Made by a program: the position numbers and the translations under genes
The notes under the pieces: model-generated
Told to the model about the DNA's origin: nothing
The model's database searches: none
Seen by the model: the letters and a program-made list of their open reading frames with translations, nothing else
From: Malacoraja senta
Lineage: Eukaryota
DNA length: 64,000 nt
Reading direction: 5' to 3'
Assembly: GCA_038087875.1 (NCBI GenBank)
Contig: JAXLNO010000146.1
Span: forward strand, 868,001 to 932,000
Part shown: piece after piece, positions 49,736-61,754 of the stretch
How the letters are laid out: each line of letters opens with the position of its first letter
Position numbering within the stretch: the stretch's first letter is position 1

Positions 49736-50748
49736 AGTACTTAAGAGAGTTTTCGATTGGCACATGGATATGCAGGGAATGGAGGGATATGGATCATGTG
49801 TAGGTAGTGGTGATTAGCTTATTTTGGTATAATGTTCAGCACAGACATTGTGGGTGAAAGGTCCTCCTCCTGTGCTGTTCTATTGGATGTTCTTGGGGTA
49901 GACACCGTAGCTTTAAGGTGAGAGGAGAGAAGTTTAAAGGAGATTTATGTGGCAAGTTGTAGATTTCAGTTTAGGTTTATTACTGTCACATGTACTGAAG
50001 TACAGTGAAAAGCTTTGTTTTCATGCTATCCATTCAAAATTGGATAATACTACACATAAACACAACCAATCCACACTCAGCTACAATAGGTGGAGTGAAG
50101 GAAAAGATACAGAGTGCAGACTACAGTTTTCAACATTGTAGCGCAACAGTTTCAAAGACAAAGTCCAATGTCTGCAATGGGGGAGAGCAGAATCAGACTG
50201 TACTCTAGCTTATGAAAAGACCATTGAGAAGCCTAATACCAGATGGAAAGGAGCTGTTCCTGAGTCTTGTGTAGCGGAATAGAGTTCTCAGAATATATTT
50301 GTTTGCACAAGAGAGCAGTAGGTGCCTGGAGCGCACTGTCAGGGGAAGCGAGGGAACAAATAACAACAGCAACACGTAGGACACATTTCAAAAGGCACAT
50401 AAACAGTTAGAGATTTGAGGAGATATAGACGAGGTGAAGGAAGATGTACAGTTTAGATCCTCATCGGCACAGACACGGTGAACCGAAGGGCCTGTTGTTG
50501 ATTTACACTGAAGATAGACACAAAATGCTGGAGTAACTCAGCGGGACAGGCAGCGTCTCTGGATAGGAGGAATGGGTGACATTTCGGGTCGAGACCCTTC
50601 TTCAAACTTTCAAAACCTGTTGCTGTGTTGTATTGTTCCAGCTTCTACGAATGGCTGAGCCGTGTAAGACTGGAGGTTTCAGAATTGTAGCCATCAGGGG
50701 GATGTGGATGGATACAGAATGACACATCATGTCATTTGGTGTGTAAAC

Positions 50749-50754
50749 TTTATT
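50749..50754 (-). terminator. Candidate polyadenylation signal (AATAAA) of TRIM gene B
   Basis: AATAAA on the minus strand about 400 nt after the gene B stop, near the end of the non-repeat sequence. Confidence 0.45.
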
Positions 50755-51147
50755 TAACTTCATAAAAACCATTTAACAACTCATCTTAACAACCCGCCTT
50801 AACAACTCATCCCCCTCAAAACTACCAAGTGTAAATATTTGTGTTCACAGCAATATCAAACTGGACCTTGGATCCACACGCTTGTTAACCCCCCCCCCCC
50901 CCCTAACCCCCGTGAATACAGGTGAAGTTGGTGGGGCATCTATCTACAAGCACCACACAGCGCCCAACGTGCTTATTCCACACCGTGAGGCAGTGGATCT
51001 ACCACCTGTGCCACTCTGCCGCCCTCATTACCTTTAATGCTTCAAACCAAGGGGCAAGAGTTAACCGGAAAAGCCTTGGGATTTATCCATCCCAGGTTGG
51101 AGAAGCTCCTTGGGAACAGCCCTGCGGACACCCTCCCAGGGTCAGTA

Positions 51148-51669
51148 TCAGGCCAGCCTGAGTGGGCTGCTACTGCCTTCCTTCTTGTTGTGGGGGTTGA
51201 AGAGAGGGAAGAGGGTCTGGGTGAACTTGTGGTGCAGGGTGTAGAGGTGGCACAGGCTGTCGGCATCGTAGAACGACAGGTGCCCCTCCTCGTAGTCCAG
51301 GTAGACGCGGACGGTTTGCGGCTTGTGTCGGAGGGGGAGGCTCCGGGGCCCCGGCCCTCCCAGGTTGACCAGGTTGCCGTTGACCATCTCCAGCACCCAG
51401 TAGCCGTCCTGCGGCACCAGTGGCCCGGTGATCAGCCGGTCGGCCAACTCGCTGGCCACCCCCAGCAAGCAGGCCTGGTTGTCCCCCAGCTCCACGTCCC
51501 AGTAGTGTCGCCCCGACTTGAAGCCGCTGCCGGCCAGCACGCACAGCCAGTGGTTGAAACGCTGGGACGAGAGCGAGCACTCCCGCCGCTTCTCACCGTC
51601 CACCACTGCGCAGGTCCTCGGACAGGAGCAGCCGGGGGTGAGCTGTCCTGGTGTCCAGCTTCAGGGACT
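51148..51669 (-). pseudogene. TRIM gene B PRY-SPRY exon, frameshifted and with no in-phase AG acceptor
   Basis: ESLKLDTRTAHPRLLLSEDLRS, then a frame break near 51606, then VVDGEKRR...RFNHWLCVLAGSGFKSGRHYWDVEL...VRVYLDYEEGHLSFYD...LFPLF. Expected acceptor reads ccccccggg|AG. Confidence 0.8.
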
Positions 51670-51894
51670 CCCGGGGGGAAAGGCATGAAACAGTCGGTCA
51701 GTGGAGATTGTTCCCCACTGTGGGGCTCACACTGTTGGCTTCATGGAAGGAAGCAGAGGGCGATGGTGGAAGGTTGCTTTTCGGGCTGGAGGCCCGTGAC
51801 TAGTGGTGTGCCTCAGGGTTCGGTGCTGGGCCCATTGCTGCCTTGTCATCTCCATCAATAATGTTGATGAGAATGTGCAAGGCATGATTAGCAA

Positions 51895-52945
51895 GTGAAG
51901 ATAGACACAACAAGTTGGAGTAACTCAGTGGGACCAGCAGTATGTCTGGAGAGAAGGTAGACACAAAATGCTGGAGTAACTCAGCAGGTGAGGCAGCATC
52001 TATGGAGAGAAGGAATGGGTGACGTTTCGAGTCGAGACCCTTCTTCAGACTGATGGGGGGGGGGCGGGAAAAGATATAAAATGGGCGGAGACAATAGGAC
52101 AACTGGGAAGGGGAGGGGATGGAGGGAGAAAGCAAAGGCTATCTGAAATTGGAGGTCAATGTTCATACCGCTGGGGTGTAAACTGCCCAAACGAAATATG
52201 AGGTGCTGTTCCTCCAATTTGCACTAGGCCTCACTCTGACAATGGAGGAGGCCCAGGACAGAAAGGTCAGATTGGGAATGGGAAGGGAAGTTAAAGTGCT
52301 GAGCCACCGGGAGATCAGCTTGGTGACGACGGATTGAGCGAATGTGTTCAGCGAAACGATCGCCGAGCCTACGCCTGGTCTCGCCGGTGTAGAGAAGATG
52401 ACAGCTGGAACAGCGGATACAGTAGATGAGGTTGGAGGAGTGGCAAGTGAACCTCAGCCTCACCTGGAAAGACTGATTGTGTCCTTGGATGGAGTCGAGG
52501 GGGGAGGTTAGGGGACAAGTGTTGCATCTCATGCGGTTGCAGGGGAAAGTACCTGGAGAGGATGTGGGAAGGGGCAAATTGACCAGGGAGTTATGGAGGG
52601 AATGGTATCTGCAGAAAGCAGAGGGGGTGGAGATGGGAAGATGTGTCCAGCAGTGGGGTCCCGTTGGAGGTGTCGGAGGATTATATGTTGTATGTGACGG
52701 CTGATGGGGTGGAAGGTGCGGACAAGGTTGATTCTGTCCTTGTTACGAATAGGGGGAGGGGGAGTAAGAGCGGAGCTGCGGGATATAGAGGAGACCCTAG
52801 TGAGAGCCTCATCTATAATGGAAGAGGGGAACCCCCGTTCCCTAAAGAATGAGGACATCTCCGATGCCCCGGTATGGAACACCTCATCCTGGGCGCAGAT
52901 GCGGCGTAAACAGAGGAATTGGGTGTAGGGGATAGAGTCTTTACA
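51895..52945 (-). mobile_element. 3' fragment of a second Penelope-like family (GIY-YIG + pseudo-LTR, hammerhead motif 52021-52048)
   Basis: LIYCIRCSSCHLLYTGETRRRLGDRFAEH; CTGAAGAAGGGTCTCGACTCGAAACGTC. Confidence 0.88.
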
Positions 52946-53496
52946 GTGAAGTCTCCTGTATCATGATCTATGACCTGAAATATGAACACTCTGTTTCTCT
53001 AAATGCTGCTTGGCCTGCTGATTATTTCCATCATTTACTGTTTTATAGTTTGTAAGCCAGGACAAAGCTTGATTGGTTCCCCATCCACATTGGACTTTAC
53101 TGGATTTAACTAAACATTATTCACGTTATTCTCTTTATAATGTGTCTGTACACTGCGGATGGCTTGATTGTAATCACGTATTGTCTTTCCGTGGACTGGT
53201 TAGCACTAAAACAGATTGTCATTGTGCCTCGGTACACTTGACAATAAACTCAACTCAAACTCCCTTCATCATCAGTACAAAGTTCCTACAGTGGTCAAGT
53301 TTCTGGAGTGGGATTTGCAACCTTCTAAGAGGCACGTGTGGTACCACTGAGTCATAGTGCAGTATAGCCCCCATGTAATGGATGTATGAGCAGCACATCC
53401 CGAACCCTGTCTCCCTGCACCCCCCCCCCCCACCCACTCACCTCTCACCACCCCCTTTCCCTCCACCCCAACTCCCCAAAAAGCAGGATCACGTAC

Positions 53497-53612
53497 CTGG
53501 CACAAGTGCGTTCAGCTCATCCCAGATTTTAACGTAACGGAAAGGTGTGATGATGGAGTCAGTGTGGAGGTCGGCGGGAAAGTCCGTTGGCGCGATGTGT
53601 TCCTGTTTGCAT
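53497..53612 (-). CDS. TRIM gene B 116-nt linker exon
   Basis: tgttccag|(R)CKQEHIAPTDFPADLHTDSIITPFRYVKIWDELNALVP+G|gtacgt. Confidence 0.85.
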
Positions 53613-54029
53613 CTGGAACATTGGATTGGAAGCTTGTGCACATGAAGGAAGCTTTGCAAAGGCACAGATACCCACATTTCCCCAAACCCTTCTGTAATCT
53701 GAGCCCTGGAACCAGCAGTGGGCCATCTCGCTCTATGACTTCTCTCTCTCTATGTAACTTCAGGCAGCCTTGGGCTGCTTACTGTGCCCATTGAAAGTGA
53801 AACAAGAAAGGCTTTGAAATGCACCCTGCAGCCAACAATGTTATTGATATTGTAGACTGCAGTCATTTCCCAGTTCCCCTAGGAAGTCAAGCAGCTAAAT
53901 TATTTAGAGTGAGGTCCCACCACGTGTGATAATGATGACGGCAAAGGAATAAATATTGGCCAAAAAATATTGGCAATCTTACACATGATTGACACACCAA
54001 TGTTTAAAAGAGCCATAAAGTGGAGTCAC

Positions 54030-54580
54030 ACTCAGTGTATTGAGTATAGAAGTTGGGAGGTCATGTTGCAGTTATACAAGGTGTTGGTGAGGCCACATTA
54101 AGAGTATTGTGTTCAGATTTGGACACCAAATTCTTGGAAAGATGTTGTCAAGCCGGAAAAGTGTGCAAAGAAGTTTTACCAGGATGTTGACAGGACTCAG
54201 GGGCCTCAGCTACCGGCAGAGGTTCAGCAGGCTAGGACTCTATTCCTTGGAGCGCAGGAGTATGAGGGATGATCTTATAGAGGTGTAGATCAGGTAAAGG
54301 AGCTGTCTCTTGCCCAGAGTTGGGGAATTCAAGAACCAGAGGACATAGATTTAAGATGAGAAGGGGAAGATTTAATAGGAAACCGAGGGGTTACACAAAG
54401 GGTAACGTTTAAGGGTAAAGGCTATCTCAACGTTTAAGAAACACAGACAGATAGGATAGGTTTGGAGTGATGTGGGCCAAATGCAAGCAGGTGGGACTAG
54501 TGTAAATGAGACATGTTGGTGGGTGTGGGCAGGTTGGGCTGAAGGGCCTGTTTCAATGCTGTATGAATCTATGACTTTAC
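54030..54580 (+). mobile_element. Old CR1 3' fragment
   Basis: VRPHLEYCVQ-like remnants and CR1 tail. Confidence 0.7.
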
Positions 54581-55560
54581 GACACAAGAGACTGCAGCTG
54601 CTGGAATCCAGAGCATCTCCCACCCTTCTCCACCCCAGGCCCCACATTCCAAACCTGCCCCGTTCCCTTCAAACCACCATCCCTCCGCGTGGTTTTATAT
54701 TTTGTGTCCCAGCTCATCAGATTCCACCACCAACACCTTTTTATCTTCTCCACTTGACGCCTCCAGTATCAGTTACAATCTCTACCCTCTCTCCCTCATC
54801 TGCCAAACTACCCTTACCCACCTAGATCCACCTGTCACCAGCTCCTCCCCAACCCTTCACCCTCACCTCTCTCCACCCGCTTTCACCCCTCTACTCTATT
54901 CGGGCCCCAACCCAAAACATCTTGTGTCCATCTCCTTCCACGGATGCTGCCTGACCCACCAAGTTCCTGCAACACTTTATTTGTTGCTAATCCAGTGGAG
55001 TGCCTGGTATTCCATGCCCATATATCTGGGAGCTCAAACTTGTAGCAGCAAATTTTAAACGGAGCAGAGAACTATTAACCAGAGGTGGCTTTATGTAGAA
55101 ACATGGAACTGCAGATGCTGGTGTACAGAAAAGGACATAATGTGCTGGAGTACCTCAGCAGGTCGGGCAGTATCTCTGGAAAACATGGATTGGTGATGTT
55201 TTGGGTTGAGACTCTTCTTCCGGCATTTTTTATTCTCTGGACATTTATCTTTCTGGCTGTTTTTGTTTATAATTCTCTGGACCTTTATGTTTCCAACAGC
55301 TCTTTAGATGACTTTACATGTGCTCCAGAGCCATGGTTCATGGGAAGTGAGCAGAAACAGCCGGGATCCCTGCGCACTAAGTCCGCTTCCCTACAATTGT
55401 CTGCCCAACAGGAACTGGGACTGTGACCTGTGATGGGACCAACTCACTCAGGGAAGAATGAAGCAAAGATCTCCTGGGTCCTTCAGGGCTGTGAACTCCC
55501 TGCACAGCTACCAACGGTGAACTAATCAGCCACGTACAGAAAACCGTTGCAGCCACGTAC

Positions 55561-55583
55561 CTGTCCAACAACTGCTTGATGTC
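55561..55583 (-). CDS. TRIM gene B 23-nt micro-exon
   Basis: ttttag|GACATCAAGCAGTTGTTGGACAG|gtacgt = DIKQLLD(R); parallels gene A DIKNILGR. Confidence 0.85.
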
Positions 55584-56951
55584 CTAAAAAGTCAATAAAA
55601 ATTTAAAAGGTTTAAATTCTCATGATCTGATCAATTAATTCAAATAAAAACCTGCCTCATCTTAGTCTTAAACGTATCACACCTTATCTTTATACTGGGT
55701 TCTGGATTTCAGAAATATCCTTCCTGTATCTAATCTTCCCAATCCTGATAGAATTAGAGTCATAGAGTGACAGTGTGGAAACAAGCTGTTCGGCCCAACT
55801 TGCCCAAACCGGCCAACATGTCCCAGCTACACTACTCCCACCTGCCTGCGTTTGGTCCATAAACCTCCAAACCTGTCCTATCCATACACCTGTCTAACTG
55901 TTTCTTAAACGTTGGGATAGTCCCATCCTCAACTACCTTTTCCAGCAGCTTGTTCCATACACCCACCACCCTTTGTGTGAAAAAGTTATCGTCAGATTCC
56001 TATTAAATCTTTTCCCCTTCACCTTAAACCTATGTCATCTGGTCCTCGATTCACCTACTCTGGGCAAGAGACTCTGAATATACACTCTGTGCATGTGTAT
56101 GGTACATCTGTGAATTCTGTGAGTTCCTCTGTCATTCTTCTAAACTATCATGAAATCAAGCCTTCATTCATCAGTCCTGCCGTCTCAGGGATCAGGACAT
56201 CTTCACTGAACTCCCTCCGTAGCAAGAACATCCTTCCTTAGACAAGGACATTAAAAATGTATACAATACTCAAAGGTGCAATCTTACCAAGACTCTGTAC
56301 AAAAGACCATAAGACACAGGAGCAGAATTAGGCCATTCAGCCCATTGAGTCTGGTCTTCCAATCAATCATAGGTGATCTATTTTTCCCTCTCTACCCCAT
56401 TCTATTGCTATCTCATTGTAACCAATAACGCTCAACCTAATCAATAACCGATCAATTTCTGCCTTAAAAATAACCAATGTCTTGGCCTCTATGGATGTTT
56501 GCGCCAATTTCCACAGATTCACCACCCTCTGGCTAAAACAATTCCTCCAACTCCATTTTGAACGTACATCCTTTTATCCCGAGGCTGAGCCCTCTTGTTC
56601 TAGACGCTCCCAATACTGGAAACGTCCTTGGAAACAGTTGAAGCAAGACCTCCCTGCTCCTATTCTTAAATCCTCTCACCATGAGCACAAGCAAATAACA
56701 GTTGGAGTTGACCACTCGGCTCTCAATCCTACCCCATACATTCAATGTCATCATGGGTGATCTATGCTGGTCTGAATACCTCTTTTGTGCAGAGGTGCAA
56801 CAAGAGTGTCTCAAGGTTAAAAAAAAGCAACATTTCGATGCAAACTCTTTCATCGACGCAGAAATTAGGTAACAGAAATGTGAAATAATGAAGAAGAATG
56901 GTGAAGGTCCATTGCATGTTTCACAAGCGTGGGCTGCCTGCTGCTTCTTAC

Positions 56952-57185
56952 CTGAAGCATCTCCTGGGGCTCCCCGTAGCTCAGTTGCAGCTGCACATCC
57001 CGGATGGTTCGCTCGATCGTGCAGGCTTCCAGGCAGATCTTCGCCAGGTCCTCTTGCAAGGGCTGAACCGCCCTGCACACCTCTTCATCGATCTTCGCCT
57101 CCAGCTCCCGCTTCCTCGCGTCCAGGAATCGGTAGACGCTGGATAGATCGACCTCGACCCGCTCCTTCAGCAGTCGGCCCTTCTC
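56952..57185 (-). CDS. TRIM gene B 234-nt coiled-coil exon
   Basis: tttctacacag|EKGRLLKERVEVDLSSVYRFLDARKRELE...EPQEMLQ|gtaaga. Confidence 0.88.
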
Positions 57186-57306
57186 CTGTGTAGAAACAGC
57201 AAGATCAGTGGGTTTAGGTTTATTATTGACACCATGTACAGTGAAAAGCTTTGTTTTGCTGCCGTCCACACAGATCAGATATACAATACCAGATATATCA
57301 GTTATA

Positions 57307-57400
57307 CAGTAAACCCTCGCTGTAACGGACCACAGGGGGGAGATGGTGTCCGTTATTACTCATGGTCCACTAATACCTAATGAGGGGTTTAATATGAACA
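57307..57400. mobile_element. Tigger/pogo-like terminal fragment
   Basis: TA followed by CAGTAAACCCTCG terminus; no partner TIR found. Confidence 0.35.
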
Positions 57401-57855
57401 ACACTATTGGAAAACATCTGATAAACATCCACTCCACAATAAACAGTAAAGGACACACAATACAGAAGGATGGCACAGTGGCACCACAGTAGTTGCTACC
57501 TTACAGTGCCAGAGACCAGAGTTTGATCCTGGGTGCTTCCTGCGACAGTGTGGGTTTTCTCCGGGTGCTCGGGTTTCCACCCGCTGGGCGGAGATGTGCA
57601 GGTTTGTGGTTTAGTTGGCTTCTGTGGGTTGTGGGGGTTCTGTGGATCACTGGTGGGGCCGCTGCTCCAGGCTCGGGTCTGATCCAGGCCTGGGGTGCTC
57701 CTTGAGGCCGTGTGGGTTTCCTCCAGGTGCTCCGTGCACTGGTTCTATACTACACACCGGATTGTCCCCAGTGTGTGGGGTGGAGCTTGTGTGCCCGAGT
57801 GTCAGAGTCAGGCCCCGGGTCCCTGCCACTGTGGGGCCTGTCCTACACTGGGGAC

Positions 57856-58070
57856 AATTCTATCCGACACACTGTCAACTGTCTCTGGTGTGTAGGATGG
57901 AACAAGTGTATGGGTGATCTCTGATAGAACCACTGTGGTAGTTCTATCCTACACACTGTCAATTGTCCTGCGTGTGTAGGATGGAACGAGTGTATGGGTG
58001 ATCTCTGATAGAACCACTGTGGTAGTTCTATCCTACACACTGTCAATTGTCCCGCGTGTGCAGGATGGGA
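57856..58070. repeat. 84-bp tandem repeat (about 2.5 units) with internal hairpin, from V-SINE sequence
   Basis: gttctatcctacacac...gtgtgtaggatggaac recurs at 57941 and 58025. Confidence 0.8.
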
Positions 58071-58369
58071 CGTGTATTCCATAGATTCACCGCCCTCTGA
58101 CTGAACAAATGAAAAAATCTGATGGGATGTGACAAAAGGATTGAAGAGTTGCAAATTATGAAACCAGAGGAAGGAATATAAGTGGAGGGAAATAAATTGG
58201 TGCGTTGCGAAGGTTGGGGGGGGGAGGGGGGGGGGGGGAGTGGTAATGGGAGAGAAAGTTGGGGGGTGGATAGGGCAGGAGAGACGTTATCATTACCATC
58301 AAGCCCTGTGAAAATGATGTACACTTCAGCATGGTGGAGCTGCAGTAGAGCTGCTGCCTCACAGCAACA

Positions 58370-58880
58370 GACAATAGACAATAGGTGCAGGAGTAGGCCA
58401 TTCGGCCATTCGAGCCAGCACCGCCATTCAATGTGATCATGGCTGATCAACCCCAATCAGTACCCCGTTCCTGCCTTCTCCCCATATCCCCTGACTCCGC
58501 TATCTGTAAGAGCCCTATCTAGCTCTCTCTTGAAAGTATCCAGAGAACCTGCCTCCACCACCCTCTGAGGCAGGGAATTCCAGATTCACAACTCTCTGTG
58601 AGAAAAAGTGTTTCCTCGTCTCCGTTCTAAATGGCTTACTCCTTATTCTTAAACTGTGGCCCCTGGTTCTGGACTCCCCCAACATCGGGAACATGTTTCC
58701 TGCCTCTAGCATGTCCAAACCCTTAACAATCTTATATGCTTCAATAAGATCCCCTCTCATCCTTCTAAACTAAAGTGTACAAGCCCAGCCGCTCCATTCT
58801 CTCAGCATATGACAGTCCCGCCATCCCGGGAATTAACCTTGTAAACCTATGCTGCACTACCTCAATAGCAAGAATCTCCT
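58370..58880 (-). mobile_element. CR1 3' fragment
   Basis: MRGDLIEAYKIVKGLD...; (acaatag)n tail. Confidence 0.88.
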
Positions 58881-59185
58881 TCCCGGAGACAGAGAGCCGG
58901 GTTCAATCCTGACTATGGGTGCTGTCTGTACAGAGTTTGTGCATTCTCCCCATGACCTGCGTGTGCTCTCTCTGGGAGCTCCGGTTTCATGCCACATTCC
59001 AGAGACGTACAAATTGTAAATTGCCCCTAGTGTGTGTAGGACAGTGTCAATTTGCAGGGATCGCTGGTCGGCACGGACTTGGTGGGCCGAAGGGCCTGTT
59101 TCCCCACTATATCTCTAAACTGAACGGTGTATGTTCAACGGTGCATAGGTCACTTCAAAACTAAACCTGGTGTATGAAATCATAC

Positions 59186-59281
59186 CTTGATTTTATGAAT
59201 CTTTGCTTCTTGTTGGCTCTGACTGTGACATGCTTGCTCCTTTTGGATCTGGAGAAAATCTGAGGATTTTTCCAACCTGTC
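59186..59281 (-). CDS. TRIM gene B 96-nt coiled-coil exon (RING/B-box exon presumably beyond window end)
   Basis: cttttcaccag|DRLEKSSDFLQIQKEQACHSQSQQEAKIHKIK|gtatga. Confidence 0.85.
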
Positions 59282-61754
59282 CTGGTGAAAAGGTGTACAG
59301 TATTAGTGCAGGGACTGACAGATTACTGAGCAGAATAAGCACGTCAACAAAAGGCAACACAAATACATAAAATGCCACAAAATACACGCCAGGCCAGAGC
59401 ATTTCCATGGAAGTGGATTAGAGTCTTTAATATCATAATCTTCAGCCACATAGGACAGTTTAAAACACATTGCTGCCTCACAGCCCCAGAGACCTGGGAT
59501 AGATCCTGACCTCTGCTGCCGTCTGTTTCAGTTTAGTTTATTGTCACGTGGACCGAGGTACAGTGAAAAGTTGTTGTTGCAAGCTAACCAGTCGGCTGAA
59601 AGACAACACATGATTAATGCACTGTCCGTGTGGAGTTTGCACGTCCTCCCTGTGACCATGTTGGTTTCTTCTGGGAGCTGCAGTTTCCTCCCACATCCCT
59701 AAAACAAGTGGGTTTGTACCCGTTTAATCAACCTCTGTAAGTTGCTCCTAGTGTGTGGGTGAGTGGCTGAGGAAGTGGGATAACATAGATCTGGTGTGAA
59801 CGGGTGATCGATTGCTGGCGTGGACTTAGAGAGCCGAAGAGTCTGTATCCATGCTGTATCGTTCAATGATTTAGTGATTCAACTTCAACCAGGCAAACTG
59901 CAAACTCAGCACAACATGAAGTGCTGAAGTAACTCAGTGGGTCAGGCAGCATCAGTGGTGGGAACGGACAGGCGAGTTTCAGCTCTGGACCCTTCTTCAG
60001 GCTGAAAACTGTAAGCAGAGGGTGTGTGCAGTGAGTGCTTCTCATTCTTTCTTCTGGATGTGACTCTCAGCCATCTTTGCTCCAGATATGGAAGGGCAGG
60101 AGACAATAGCAGTAGCAGGAGCAGGCCACTCAGCCCCTCAAGTCCAGCCCACCATTCAATGGGATCATGGCTGGCTATGCTGGCTTCAACTATTCTTATT
60201 TATCAACATTGTCGTTACTCCTCCAATATTTCTCAGATCTGAAAAAATTCACATTAATGTTTTCTGGACGGGGAGGGGCTTGAGTTAGAAGGAGAGATTG
60301 GGAAGGCGATTGACATTTTCATTTAAACAAAGTTTATAAAATTCTGAGGGACACAAACAGGGTAGATTGTCAGCATCTTTATCCTGAACTTTCAAATATT
60401 TTTTTCCATCTCCAACTTAAATATGTCTGATGATCCAGCCTCCACCACCCTCGTGCACAGATTTCCAGAGATTCACCACCCTCTGAGACAAGGATGGCAC
60501 AGTGGCAGTAAGATAATTGAATTTTCAATGATACTCCAAGTCCAATGATAGCATTTAAAACTTGTTATTTAGGCATGTGGTTACATGGTATCAGAGTGAA
60601 GCATTCTAATAGGAAAAGTTTCTTGATGCAACTACCAGTTATACATTGCAGAAACATGGAACTGCAGATGCTGGTTTACAAAAACAGTCACAAAGTGCTG
60701 GAGTAACTCAGAAGGTCACACAGCACCTCTGGAGAAGTGACATTTCAGACCTATATTCAGACTGGACACAAAGTGTTGGATTAACTCAGCGGGTCTGAAG
60801 ACGACTCCCGACCGGAAACACCTACAATGATTCAATAATACTTTATTGTCACATGTACCTAGGTATAGTGAAATTCTTTGTTGTTGCACACAATCGTTGT
60901 TGTGGAGTAACATTGTTGTTTTCACCCAGAAGGTGGCGGCACGGTGGTACAGCAGTAGAGTAGCTGCCTTACAGTGCTGCAGCGCCAGAGACCCGGGTTC
61001 CATCCCGACTATGGGTGCTGTCTGCACCGACTTTGTACGTTCTCCCTGTGACATGCATGGGTTTCCTCCGAGATCTTCCGTTTCCCGCCCACTCCAAATA
61101 CGTACAGGTATGTAGGTAAATTGGCTTGGTAAATGTGAAAATTGTCCCTAGTGTGTGTAGCAGTGTTGATATGCGGGGATCGCTGGTCGGCGCGGACCTG
61201 GTGGGCTGAAGGGCCTGTTTCTGAGCTGTATCTCTAAACGAAAAACTGCAACGACCAGGTTCAGGAATAGCTACTTCCCCGCAGCCATCAGGCTATTAAA
61301 CTTGGCTCGGACAAAACACTGAACTTTATTAGCCAATTAACTGTTATTTGCACTTTATCAGTATATTGTGTGAATATATTTATAGTATGCCTTGTAATCA
61401 ATGCCTACTATGTTCTGTTGTGCTGAAGCAAAGCAAGAATTTCATTGTCCTATCAGGAACACATGACAATAAACTCACTTGACTTGACTTGAAAAACTAA
61501 ATCCGGTAAATCCTGCAACACACTTCACCTTGGCAGTACACAAAGATACACCACGTATCTGGCACTGACAAAGTTTCTATCTAGGTTCTCCAGAGATGGT
61601 GCCTGACCTACTGAGTTACTCCAGCACTTTGTGAGATTTAAAAAAAAACAGCTATACATTCCGGTGGTCTCCAGCTATTACTTCCCTTTTCTTCCTATTT
61701 GTACCCTGTCATTATTCGAGATTGTGTTTATTTTATGATTTGTTTAACTCCAAC

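Noticed and set aside
51037..51861. 274-aa plus-strand ORF
   Set aside because: Antisense of the GC-rich SPRY exon running into a CR1 scrap (SGVPQGSVLGP).
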